DNA of 63,102 nt, the filler included, from a bacterium (GTDB lineage Bacteria > JALSQH01): the NCBI GenBank assembly GCA_027004335.1. It is 13 parts of 13 records of this genome, joined end to end, with 100 filler letters (N's around TTAATTAATTAA, not from the genome) between each part and the next. Parts side by side here need not be neighbours in the genome. Positions count along the whole stretch, not along the records: positions 26,042 to 32,964 come from JALTID010000218.1; positions 33,065 to 35,337 come from JALTID010000219.1; positions 35,438 to 37,697 come from JALTID010000220.1; positions 37,798 to 40,052 come from JALTID010000221.1; 9 more parts are not named here. One strand, written 5' to 3'. Each line of letters begins with the position of its first letter. Within the stretch, counting starts at the first letter, position 1. Both the position numbers and the translations under genes were made by a program. Below are positions 29,900 through 40,152 of the stretch, in pieces. The notes under the pieces are model-generated. The model was not told the DNA's origin, ran no database searches, and saw nothing but the letters and a program-made list of their open reading frames with translations.

Positions 29900-30084
29900 T
29901 AACCACCTTTAAGCATTTTTAAGATTATGTATGCAATCACGGCAAAGATAAGCCCCGAAAAACCTATTATAATTCCTGTTACTTTCTGATATCTTGGTTT
30001 TACATAGAAGAAAACGAAGAAGCCAAGCAAGCTGGAGAATAACCCAAGAACAATATAAAAGTAGTAAATTCCAGTGTTTTTCAT
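29899..30084 (-). CDS. Small 2-TM hypothetical protein
   Basis: Stop overlaps the pilD start (TAATG); two hydrophobic helices; start uncertain (30084 or 30117). Confidence 0.6.
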   Translation of the reverse strand: MKNTGIYYFYIVLGLFSSLLGFFVFFYVKPRYQKVTGIIIGFSGLIFAVIAYIILKMLKGG

Positions 30085-30142
30085 TTTGGTTTCAGATCCC
30101 TTTGTATTCCATATCAACGTATATTTTCCTATTTTTATCCTG

Positions 30143-30913
30143 TTAATACAATTCTTTCTTTTCGAAGATTAATGTTGCGAGGAGAAGCATAAAAAGCATA
30201 TAGGCTACTGCATAGAGAATAGAAAATAGAGCATAACCGCCGGGGAGAGCTGTATTGTGGACGACCTGATTTTTGATATTTAGATTTGAAAAGTTTGGAA
30301 GAATTATATAGAAGAAATCTATGAGGAGCCTTTCCCCAGATGAGAGAGAAATCCTGGAAATTAGAACTTCTAATTCCCCAAGTGAATTTCCAATAAAGTA
30401 TATGGTTGCAGCAAATAATCCGCTCAGTATAGGGGAGGAAAAAGTGGAAAAGAAAATAGTGATTGAAATTGTGAGTATTATTATAAGGTATATAAAAAGT
30501 CCCCCTAAAAGTATAATGGGATAAACTCTCGCTCCTACTATGAAAAGAAAGAGAATTACCACAATAAGCATCAAGATTGTCTGAAAAAGTAAGGCAATGG
30601 AGAGACCTAAAAATTTTCCAAGTATAAATTCCCATCTCTTGATCGGTTTTGGAATGATGGTAAAAATTGTTTTTCTTTGAATTTCGTTGTAAATAATCCC
30701 GGTTCCTGTAACAATAGCCATCGTTACACCTAGTAGCTCGATTCCAGCCAGACCAAAATTTATTACAAACCTGGAGACTTCTCCCATGGTAAAGCTACCT
30801 AAAATAGATGATATTCCCAGAAGAATTATCAGGAAGAAAACCACCGTGTATAGTAACTTATTCCTTATAGCTTCACGGCATGTATTTACAATGACAGCTT
30901 TAATCCTGTGCAT
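30143..30913 (-). CDS. ABC-2 permease, PilI/Xap-like
   Basis: NT.REA.R.K, EI.RKTI.T...KP..R..F.LGK.LG; start at ATG 30913. Confidence 0.85.
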   Translation of the reverse strand: MHRIKAVIVNTCREAIRNKLLYTVVFFLIILLGISSILGSFTMGEVSRFVINFGLAGIELLGVTMAIVTGTGIIYNEIQRKTIFTIIPKPIKRWEFILGKFLGLSIALLFQTILMLIVVILFLFIVGARVYPIILLGGLFIYLIIILTISITIFFSTFSSPILSGLFAATIYFIGNSLGELEVLISRISLSSGERLLIDFFYIILPNFSNLNIKNQVVHNTALPGGYALFSILYAVAYMLFMLLLATLIFEKKELY

Positions 30914-31826
30914 ACCTGCGGTATCCCTCCATAAAAAGGTCTTCCAGGAGGATTCTTCTCGGGCAAAATGAGAGGATCTCAATATCTTCCCTTAAAAGCT
31001 CTTTGAGAAATTTATCTGCTTCTTCCCTCGTAGAAAATTCTAACAAAAGAGAGTTTGTCTGGTGTTTAAAATGTAAATTCTGCTGTTCAACCCACTTCAG
31101 GTACTTTTTTGGTATTTCTATTTCATATCCAGTAGAATGTTTTGCTGTTAAACTCTCTATGTCTCCTTCTTCAACAATTTTTCCTTTAATAAGTATAGCT
31201 ACTCTATCACAGATCATCTCAACATCAGAGAGTATATGGGAAGAAAAAATGATCGTTTTGCCGTGTTCCTTTAAACTTAAGATAATTTCTTTGAGTTCCT
31301 TTCTCCCTACAGGATCAAGTCCAGTCATTGGTTCATCCAGGATCAGGAGCTCAGGATCATTTATCAATGCCTGAGCCACCCCTACTCTCTGGATCATGCC
31401 TTTTGAGAATTTTTTAATGGGGATATCTGCCCAGGAAGAAAGATTAACAGTTTTTAGTATATCTTCAACTCTGTTTTGTATATCTTTTCCAGAAATGGAG
31501 AAGAGCTCTCCGTAGAATGTAAGTATTTCTCTCGGGGTTAGATAGGTGTAAAAGTAGGGATTTTCTGGGAGAAAACCTATCTTCTGTTTTGCTCTTAGAG
31601 AGGAAGGACTCTCTCCGAAGATACTGACCTCACCACTGTCTGGATGTATCAAACCTGTTAACAATTTAAGGAGTGTGGTTTTACCTGCCCCATTATGGCC
31701 CAGGAGCCCGAAGGTTTCTCCTTCTTTCACAGAGAAGGTTACTCCTCTCAGAGCAGTAATTTTCTTTCTGACGATATGTCCTGTGGGGTATGATTTTTCT
31801 ACATTTTTAACCTCTATAATCATCAT
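30900..31826 (-). CDS. ABC ATP-binding protein, PilH/XapD-like
   Basis: GHNGAGKTT, GFLPENPYFY.YLT, FSKGM.QR, LILDEP..GLDP.GR, SSHIL. Confidence 0.9.
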   Translation of the reverse strand: MMIIEVKNVEKSYPTGHIVRKKITALRGVTFSVKEGETFGLLGHNGAGKTTLLKLLTGLIHPDSGEVSIFGESPSSLRAKQKIGFLPENPYFYTYLTPREILTFYGELFSISGKDIQNRVEDILKTVNLSSWADIPIKKFSKGMIQRVGVAQALINDPELLILDEPMTGLDPVGRKELKEIILSLKEHGKTIIFSSHILSDVEMICDRVAILIKGKIVEEGDIESLTAKHSTGYEIEIPKKYLKWVEQQNLHFKHQTNSLLLEFSTREEADKFLKELLREDIEILSFCPRRILLEDLFMEGYRRYAQD

Positions 31827-31827
31827 A

Positions 31828-32688
31828 CTACTTCCTCAGAAAGATCTTTATTCTTTTATTATATGCAGTGTTTTTCACTTTACCATCTGGTGTGAGATAG
31901 TATTTACCTCCAAAAGGGTCTCTGGGAATATAAGAGAGGTAACCTTTATGTATAAGTTCCTCAAGGGAGGATGGTAACCTCCCTTCTCTTCTTTTAAATC
32001 TTGCCAATGCTTCTTCAATGAGTCTAAAGTTTCTCTCTGCGAGGATCATCTTTATTTTTCTTAATATATGAGCCTTTGCATGAGGATTTTTAGTATGATT
32101 ATATATTTCCAGAAGGATCTTGATTGCAGTATCTGCATCATTTGTTTTTGCCATGAGTTTTATTGCTAAACTGACAATAAAGGAAGGTCTATTAGGTTTT
32201 GTTGCTGCTTCTTTGAAGTAGAATGCAGCTTCTCTGTAATCTCCTTTGAAATACATATAGATAAAACCAGTCAGGAACCACAGGTACCACTTATCGGGAA
32301 GATACCTCAAACTTTTCTTAAGAATTCTTATTGCATCGTTCGGATCATGAGCCTCCCAAGGTAAAATAGTACCGGCAAATCTGTATGGATAGAAAAAATA
32401 GGGATCCAGATCAGTAACTGCGTTGAGAAGATCTACAAGATACTTAAAGTTCCTATCAGTCACGATATGCTCGCCTGTATATGCAAGGGTTTTCATCCAT
32501 AGGATATCAGCAACAACATTGGTATAACCTAGGGAGATCAGTTTGGCATACCTTTCTATAGGGAGGTAATAAAGGTCTTCAACCACTTTTTTCGGATATG
32601 CGTGTATCTTATTATTGGACCAGTATATTATCGCACCAAGAAGCAGCACAACAAAAATTTTCAGGGGGTAGGCTCTTTTATTCTGCAT
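31828..32688 (-). CDS. PilG/XapA-like TPR protein with a GspG-like C-terminal module
   Basis: LGY....AD..W, VTDLDP.F, TPR helices; P.SLEEL..KGYL..IP.DPFGG.Y. Confidence 0.75.
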   Translation of the reverse strand: MQNKRAYPLKIFVVLLLGAIIYWSNNKIHAYPKKVVEDLYYLPIERYAKLISLGYTNVVADILWMKTLAYTGEHIVTDRNFKYLVDLLNAVTDLDPYFFYPYRFAGTILPWEAHDPNDAIRILKKSLRYLPDKWYLWFLTGFIYMYFKGDYREAAFYFKEAATKPNRPSFIVSLAIKLMAKTNDADTAIKILLEIYNHTKNPHAKAHILRKIKMILAERNFRLIEEALARFKRREGRLPSSLEELIHKGYLSYIPRDPFGGKYYLTPDGKVKNTAYNKRIKIFLRK

Positions 32689-32964
32689 AGTCCTGTGATA
32701 TTGCTATTATATATTAGTTTGCAGTGTGAAGCAATATAGGAAAGAAATTTTGCTCTTTTTTCCTCTGGTATATTATTTTCAATAAATCTGGCTAAGAAAT
32801 ATTTATTATAGGCAAGACAGGTAACGTTGTGACTTGTGAAAATATTCATGTTATTTGTTTTCCATGCATGGATCAACCAGGAGCCCTCCACATTATATTT
32901 TGGTTCAAACATGAAGGGAATGTCAAGGTAATAGTCTCTCTTACCAAGGAAGTACAGAAATATC
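32661..32964 (-). CDS. C-terminal part of a probable GT-C/ArnT-like membrane glycosyltransferase (5' truncated)
   Basis: Open from the contig edge: IFLYFLGKRDYYLDIPFMFE...; family call tentative. Confidence 0.4.
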
Positions 32965-33064
32965 NNNNNNNNNNNNNNNNNNNNNNNNNNNNNNNNNNNN
33001 NNNNNNNNTTAATTAATTAANNNNNNNNNNNNNNNNNNNNNNNNNNNNNNNNNNNNNNNNNNNN

Positions 33065-34325
33065 TTTTCTGTTTTTGATAAATATCAGCTAAGAGAAGAA
33101 AAACACCGGGAAAGGGCTTAGATATTATTAGTGATTTTAATATGTTAACAGATTTATCCTCTTCGCCCATCTGATAATATATAGAAGCTTTAAAATACTG
33201 TACCACCCCCTTAATCTTTTGATTACTGGACCTTATGGAATCAAGGGTATCAATAGCCTTATCATACTCCTGAAACATTGCATAAGATAAAGAAAGATAA
33301 AGTTTCACGATATTATTATCAGGGTATCTCTTAGATAAGGATTGAAGAATCTCAATTGCATCACTGATTTTCCCCTCGTTAAGATAGGAAAAAGCAATTG
33401 CAAAATCAAGGGTCCAATCCGCTCCTTTTTTCAACTCATTCTTTAGCTTCTTAAGCTCATTTCTCGCTTTTTCTCCCTCCTTGCCAATATCATAAGCCTT
33501 TGCAAGTATCAACCTCAATTCCACCCACTCAGGGTGGTCTTTGAGAACCTGATTAAGTAATTTTATTGCATCCTGAACTCTTCCAGTAGAGATGTAGAGA
33601 AGTGCAAGGTCCCTTATTCCTGGTAAGAAGTCTGGAGAGATCTTCCTAAGAGAAAGAAGATAATTTTCCGCATCAGATGGTTTTCCCTGAAGAATAGAGA
33701 TTTTTGCATTTACATAATCATAAAGATCGGGTCGCTGCAATTTTATTTCCTCAAGAAGTTTTCTAGCCTTTACAAAATTCTTCTGCGCTACATTTATTTG
33801 AACAAGCCTCAAAATAACAAAAGGATTCTTCTTTGAATAAGAATAAATCTCTTTAAAATACTTCTCAGCCTCATCAAAATTGCCCTCTCTGTAGTAAGAA
33901 TCAGCAACAATCTTCATTATTTTCGGTGTATCAGGATATTTTTCAAGATAAGCCTTCCCATATAGAATCGCATTATCATATTTTTTCAGAAAGTAGGCGA
34001 TTAAGCATAATTTCCGTGCAAAGTCGGAAGAAGGATGATAGTAATAAACAGTTTCCAGGGCATCATAGGCATGAGGAATATCTCCCCTTGTAAGATAGTA
34101 ATCATATAGGAGGTAATTATAAACGAAAATCCTATCTGTGAGAAGTGAGGGTCCAGTATTCTCAGTTGAATAAGTTGCGGGAGTTGGAGCTGGTTTCTTA
34201 TTTTCTGCCTTCACCACCACCGGGGGTAGTTTAATAACTTCATTTTGAGAAATTCTATGAAAAAAACACCCTGAGCTGGTAAGAATTAGGATAACCGACA
34301 GTAAAATAAACCACTTTCTCCTCAT
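33065..34325 (-). CDS. TPR-repeat lipoprotein (3' truncated)
   Basis: MRRKWFILLSVILILTSSGC lipoprotein signal; many TPR repeats. Confidence 0.8.
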
Positions 34326-34428
34326 CTCAAAAAAACCCCCTGTGCATTTTAAGTTATCATTATCTTGATTTTTAGTCAAATTTTCCATTATCTTGATTAA
34401 CAAATTCTAAATGGTATTATCAATTAAA

Positions 34429-35166
34429 ATGAAAGTGCTCATTTTCCCTACCTGCATTGTGGAAAAATTCCATCCATACTTGATTGAAGATACCAAAAAA
34501 ATTCTCAATTTTTTTGATATTGAAACATCCATACCTTCACAATCCACCTGCTGTGGACAGATCGCCTTTAATATGGGAGACTGGAAAAATGCAAGAAAAT
34601 TAGCAGAAAAATGGATTGAGGTGTACTTTTCCACATACAATTATGACCATATAATAGCCCCTTCAGGTTCATGTGTGCATATGATAAGAGAAAATCTTGA
34701 GAAACTTTTCCAGGATGACAGCAAAATCCTGGATATGATCAAAGAAAAAAAAGAAAATGTCTATGAATTAACTGAATTCCTGTGGATGAAATTGGGAATA
34801 AGAGAGATCCCCGCTCATTTCCCATACAAAGTCACCTACCATCCATCCTGCCACTACCTGAGGGGGCTAAAAATAAGAAAAGAACCAAAAGAATTTCTAA
34901 GGAAAATTAAAGGGTTAGAATTAATAGAAATGGAAAAAGAAGAACTCTGCTGCGGTTTCGGGGGGCTGTTTTCCATAAAAATGAGTGATCTTTCCATTGC
35001 TATGGCACAAAGAAAAGCTGACTATATTGAAGCTACTGGAGCAGACTTTGTGACAACTCCTGATGTAAGCTGTTTGATGAATTTAGGAGGGATTTTGAGC
35101 AGAAGAGGATCCGCTGTAAAAGCGATCCATATTGCCAGAATTTTTTCCTCGGGTCTTGGGAAATGA
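34429..35166 (+). CDS. LutA/YkgE-like (Fe-S) CCG-domain protein
   Basis: TCCGQ, PSGSC, YELTEFL, YHPSCH..RGL, CCGFGG.F, D.SCLM. Confidence 0.88.
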   Translation: MKVLIFPTCIVEKFHPYLIEDTKKILNFFDIETSIPSQSTCCGQIAFNMGDWKNARKLAEKWIEVYFSTYNYDHIIAPSGSCVHMIRENLEKLFQDDSKILDMIKEKKENVYELTEFLWMKLGIREIPAHFPYKVTYHPSCHYLRGLKIRKEPKEFLRKIKGLELIEMEKEELCCGFGGLFSIKMSDLSIAMAQRKADYIEATGADFVTTPDVSCLMNLGGILSRRGSAVKAIHIARIFSSGLGK

Positions 35167-35437
35167 AAAGAAACTCTTTTTTAATTCGTTAAAATGCATT
35201 TTGTACCATTTGGGATCTTTTAAACGAACATAAAGATACCTCATTGATGATTTCTGAAAAGGTGTACGAATTATTCTCCAGAGATAACGGATAATAATTA
35301 GTTCGTAAAAATTTAACAGACTTAAATAGGTGTGATGNNNNNNNNNNNNNNNNNNNNNNNNNNNNNNNNNNNNNNNNNNNNTTAATTAATTAANNNNNNN
35401 NNNNNNNNNNNNNNNNNNNNNNNNNNNNNNNNNNNNN

Positions 35438-36596
35438 CACCAACGCAAAAAGGTGGAAAATTGTAATGAAGCATAAATTTTTTAAAACTTTCTCCTTCCA
35501 GGGAATCAATTAACTGTTCATCTTCCCTGGTCCCAAGTGTAGTGGCCACAAGCGATTGAGTCTCTCCTCTTGTAAAAAGAGCTGAGCCATGGGCTCTTGA
35601 AAGGAGACCTACTTCAATAAAAATCGGTCTTACCTCATTATGTTTCCTCCCATCAATTCTTGTCCCAGATTTAATAAGGGACCTAACGAGCTCTTTTTTA
35701 AGATCATCAAACTCTTTCTTAATCAAAAGCACCTTATGTGGGTCATCATTACCAAATTCAGAAATTACCCTCTCTAAAATTTCATCCAGTTTTTTATACC
35801 TTACCTGTTTTTCCTTGATTCTCATTGTAGCTTTAACTTCTTCAGAAAATTTTTCTCTTATTGCAGAGGCAATAGAGGTCTCAAGTTTATCAACACTAAA
35901 CTGGACCTTCTCTTTTCCAACTTTTCTTCTTAATTCTTCCTGAACTTCAATAACAGGTTTAACAGCGTTAAAACCTGCTTCAAGGGCTCCAAGAATCTCA
36001 TCCTCTGGTCTGAATTTCGCTCCACCTTCTACCATAACAATGCTATCTTTTGAAGATGAAACAGTAATGTTTAATAGACTCTTTTCTTCATATTGTTGCC
36101 CGGGATTGATAAGGTACTCACCGTTTTCACTCTTTCCAACTATAACTGCCCCAATGGGTATCTCAAAAGGAATATCAGAAATATAAAGTGCTGCAGAAGC
36201 TCCAATAATTGATAGTGGAGCAGGGTCATTATCCTGATCATATGAAAGGACCATGGCAATAACCTGGGTGTCATACATATATCCTTCTGGAAATAGAGGT
36301 CTTATAGACCTATCTATCACTCTTGAAATAAGAACTTCATGGTCAGAAGGCTTTCCCTCTCTCTTTAAAAAACCTCCAGGTATTTTGCCCGCAGCATAGG
36401 ATTGCTCCTGATAATTTACAGTAAGGGGAAGAAAATCTATATCTTCCATCTCTTTCCTCGCCATTACCACAGTTACAAGCACCATTGTATCCCCATACTT
36501 CACAAGAACAGCACCATTAGCCTGTTTGGCCATTTTACCTGTTTCAATAGTTAACAATCTTCCACTTACCTCTGTAGAGACTGAAATTGGTTGCAT
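35438..36596 (-). CDS. pnp: Polyribonucleotide nucleotidyltransferase (3' truncated)
   Basis: ETG.MAKQA.G, FLPLTV.Y, IPGGF.KREG, RIDGR, HGSALFTRGETQ, HYNFPPF. Confidence 0.98.
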
Positions 36597-36605
36597 TATT
36601 TACCT

Positions 36606-36875
36606 CTACCTTCTTATTCCTAATTTTCTTATTATCTTAAAATATTTCTCAGGATTTTCTCTCATTAAATATTTGAGAAGTTTTTTTCTCCTTGAAACAA
36701 GTTTTATAAGCCCAAGCCGGGTATGTTTGTCCTTATGATGTCTTTTGAGGTGTTCGGTCAGGTACTTTATCCTCTCTGTCAAAACGGCAATCTGAACTTC
36801 AACAGAACCGGTGTCATTTTCGTGAATCTGAAAATTATTAATGATCAACTTCTTCTGCTCCTTGGTCAATGCCAT
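36606..36875 (-). CDS. rpsO: 30S ribosomal protein S15
   Basis: DTGS.EVQIA.LT.RI..L.EHL..H.KD. Confidence 0.98.
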   Translation of the reverse strand: MALTKEQKKLIINNFQIHENDTGSVEVQIAVLTERIKYLTEHLKRHHKDKHTRLGLIKLVSRRKKLLKYLMRENPEKYFKIIRKLGIRR

Positions 36876-36926
36876 TATATTTCCCCCTTATTTTTTAATT
36901 ATATATTATCAGTTAACAATAATATT

Positions 36927-37697
36927 TCAAACACCTCCAAGAACCCTAACATATCTGAACCTTCCAGAAGTATCCTTTTCAGCTACTGCATAAAGTTTTT
37001 TCCCGTTTTCACTTATCAAAGCAAATCTTTGGTTGGGTGAAATCAATTCAAATTTTTCCCCAAGGATCTGACTCACAGGAACACCCTTTAAAACAAGAGA
37101 AGCTACCTGTTTGCTTATTTTTATTTTTTTCATATCAAGTACATCAACCATGGAAATTATATATTTCCCGAAATTATTTTTTTTCACCAAGTCTGCAAAT
37201 TGCTCCAGAGTAACTGCTTCATTTATGGAAAATCTACCAACCTGGAGCCTCATAAGATAGGTAAGATGAGCTACTGTTCCAAGCTCCTTACCAATATCTT
37301 CTGCAAGAGACCTTATATATACCCCACTGGAAGTTACAACCTTTATTTCAATTTTATCTTTTTTATAACCAAGAAATATAATATCTTTAATCTCAACTTT
37401 TCTTGGTTCAAGTTTAATTAAATTACCCTCCCTGGCATACTTATAGAGGGGTTTCCCTTTGAACTTTATTGCGGAAAAAGGATGGGGAGTCTGGAATATT
37501 TCGCCACTAAATTTTTTAATAACCTCTTTAATCAAATCCTCGGTCAATTCTGGAATAGGCATTTTCTCCACTATTTCACCCGTAGCATCACCAGTTATAG
37601 TTTTTTCTCCCAACTTCATTTCAAAAACATAAACCTTATCAAGTTTAGAAAGAAACTGGCTTAGTTTGCTCGCTTCTTCCAGAAGAAGCAGCAATAC
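36927..37697 (-). CDS. truB: tRNA pseudouridine(55) synthase (5' truncated)
   Basis: K.Y...LG..T.T.D..G, Q.P..FSAIK..G.PLY.YAR.G, S.G.YIRSL..DIG. Confidence 0.93.
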   Translation of the reverse strand, partial: VLLLLLEEASKLSQFLSKLDKVYVFEMKLGEKTITGDATGEIVEKMPIPELTEDLIKEVIKKFSGEIFQTPHPFSAIKFKGKPLYKYAREGNLIKLEPRKVEIKDIIFLGYKKDKIEIKVVTSSGVYIRSLAEDIGKELGTVAHLTYLMRLQVGRFSINEAVTLEQFADLVKKNNFGKYIISMVDVLDMKKIKISKQVASLVLKGVPVSQILGEKFELISPNQRFALISENGKKLYAVAEKDTSGRFRYVRVLGGV

Positions 37698-37840
37698 NNN
37701 NNNNNNNNNNNNNNNNNNNNNNNNNNNNNNNNNNNNNNNNNTTAATTAATTAANNNNNNNNNNNNNNNNNNNNNNNNNNNNNNNNNNNNNNNNNNNNGTA
37801 CAGTACCCCGCCTTTTTAAAGGAGCAATGATAAATAAAAG

Positions 37841-37894
37841 TTGACAGCCTGATAAAGAAATGATAAACTTATTATAGTTTTATAATTATTTTAA
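37841..37894 (+). promoter_or_regulatory. Sigma70 promoter with a downstream PerR/Fur-type box
   Basis: TTGACA-N17-TAAACT; TTATAATTATTTTAA at 37880-37894 has one mismatch to TTATAATnATTATAA. Confidence 0.65.
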
Positions 37895-37913
37895 ACTTAG
37901 AAAAGGAGGCTTT

Positions 37914-38906
37914 ATGAATTCAAGAACTCTTCACAAAATAAGCTACGGTATGTATGTTATAAGTTCTGTTAAGGAAGGTAAATTCAATGGACAAATTGCC
38001 AACACCGTTTTTCAGATCACATCTGAGCCAGCAACTATAGCTATCAGCATCAATAAACAGAACTTAACCCATGAGTATATCTCAGCAAGCAAGATTTTCG
38101 CAGCAGCTGTACTATCAGAAAATACTCCTCTTAAATTTATAGGTAAATTTGGATTTAAATCTGGTAGAGAAATTGATAAATTTGAGGATACGGAGTTTAA
38201 AACAGAAAAAACAGGAACACCTATAGTAACAGAGAACGCAGTTGCATATCTTGAAGCAGAAATTATCAATTCCCTTGATGCAGGAACCCACACAGTTTTC
38301 CTGGGAAGAGTCGTTGGTGCCGAGATCCTAAACGATGAGAAACCAATGACATACGCATACTACCATCAGGTGAAAAATGGATCAGCACCAAAAACTGCAC
38401 CTACTTACATAAAAAGGGAAAAAGAAAAAATAATAGAAGAGAAGAAATCAGGGGCATCAAAAAAATATGTATGTATGGTCTGTGGTTATATTTATGACCC
38501 TGATAAGGGAGATCCTGATGACAATATTCCACCTGGTACACCCTTTGATAAACTCCCTGAGGACTGGACCTGTCCCGTCTGCGGAGCAGGGAAAGATGAA
38601 TTTGAAAAACTCAATACTGTAATAATTGGTATCAGCAAAGATTCACCTAAAAGTCATGTTAAATTTATAGATAAACATAATCTCTCCATCCTTATCCTCA
38701 GTGACGAAGAGCATAAGGTTCTGGAAACCTATGGGGTATGGGGGAAAAAGAAGAATTATGGAAGAGAATATTTTGGCATAGTAAGAAGCACATTTATCAT
38801 TGATCCTGATGGAAAAATAAGAAAAGAATGGAAGAAAGTTAGAGTAGCTGGACATGTGGATGCTGTTCTTGATACACTTAAGAAACTTATAGAGGAAAGC
38901 CCCTGA
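37914..38906 (+). CDS. Flavin reductase-rubredoxin (high-molecular-weight rubredoxin) fused to the C-terminal part of a BCP/PrxQ peroxiredoxin
   Basis: [30 protein letters not shown]...CPVCG; then [28 protein letters not shown]...VL. Confidence 0.85.
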   Translation: MNSRTLHKISYGMYVISSVKEGKFNGQIANTVFQITSEPATIAISINKQNLTHEYISASKIFAAAVLSENTPLKFIGKFGFKSGREIDKFEDTEFKTEKTGTPIVTENAVAYLEAEIINSLDAGTHTVFLGRVVGAEILNDEKPMTYAYYHQVKNGSAPKTAPTYIKREKEKIIEEKKSGASKKYVCMVCGYIYDPDKGDPDDNIPPGTPFDKLPEDWTCPVCGAGKDEFEKLNTVIIGISKDSPKSHVKFIDKHNLSILILSDEEHKVLETYGVWGKKKNYGREYFGIVRSTFIIDPDGKIRKEWKKVRVAGHVDAVLDTLKKLIEESP

Positions 38907-38916
38907 GGAGAAACCC

Positions 38917-40052
38917 TTGCAGCTTATAGAGAATATACTATCACCAACCAGAATTTATCTATTTGAACACTTGAACAAAGAGGATATAGCGAAAACAATT
39001 ATCTACACCTCGGGAAAAATTTCTCCCGTGATTCTCTTCTTACATGACCCTCGTGTAAAGACTGTTGAGACACTTATAGAGCTAATTTCATCAAAATTTG
39101 AGATAACAACCTATTCTGAAATATCACCAGATCCACCGGTGGAGCAGATAGATAGAATTGCTGACATTATTCAAAAGAAAAAAATTAATCTGGTATGGGC
39201 TGCCGGTGGAGGTAGTACCATGGATACAGCAAAAGCAGCCTCTGTTGTAGCCGCCGGTGGAGGATCCCTTGAAGAGTATCTGGGGAACAACCCTGAGAGG
39301 ATTCCAGAAGGGAAAAAAGTACCAGTTATCTGCTCCCCATCCACAGCAGGAACAGGAGCTGAGGTAACGAAGTTTGGAGTCTACACCTCCAATTCAGGAA
39401 GAAAATACACCCTTGCTTCACAATTCCTCCAGCCTGATGTTGCTGTATTATTTCCGCAATTCACATACTCAATGCCCCCCTCAGTAACAGCTTCAACTGC
39501 CTTTGATGCTCTAACCCATGTCATAGAACCTCTCTGGAACAAAAACGCCACACCAATTACAGATCACATTGCCACTGATACAACGGTTAAGATTTTAAGC
39601 ACAATGGAAAAAGCATATAACTCTTCCCTCAGCGGTGAAATAGAAGGAAGGAAAGAGATGCTCATAGCTGCAACACTGGCAGGGATCACCTTCAACCTCA
39701 CCGGGACAGCAGCTATTCACGCACTTTCATTCCCCCTCTCCGAGATATGGCATATTCCACATGGGGCAGCCTGCGCCTTTTTCTTTGAAGATGTATGGAA
39801 GATTAATATCAGGAATAAAAATGTCAGGGAAAAGTTGAAAAAAATTGCTTTAAAGCTAAATTTCAAAACAGAGGAAGAACTTCTCACCAGGATAGTAAAA
39901 ATAAAGGAGAAGATGAATCTTCCATCAAAATTCTCTGACATTAAAGTCCAATTTGATCCAGAAAAGCAGATGAGCTACTTCTACGACACATTAAATGATC
40001 CAAAGATGAAGAATAATGTAATTCCCTTCTCAAAAGAGGATATAAAGAAAAT
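38917..40052 (+). CDS. Iron-containing alcohol dehydrogenase (3' end at contig edge)
   Basis: GGGS.MD.AK, PSTAGTG.EVT, DALTH, HALS, HG. Confidence 0.9.
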
Positions 40053-40152
40053 NNNNNNNNNNNNNNNNNNNNNNNNNNNNNNNNNNNNNNNNNNNNTTAA
40101 TTAATTAANNNNNNNNNNNNNNNNNNNNNNNNNNNNNNNNNNNNNNNNNNNN

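Noticed and set aside
36876..36926. rpsO autoregulatory leader RNA
   Set aside because: Only about 50 nt of AT-rich sequence with no stable structure visible
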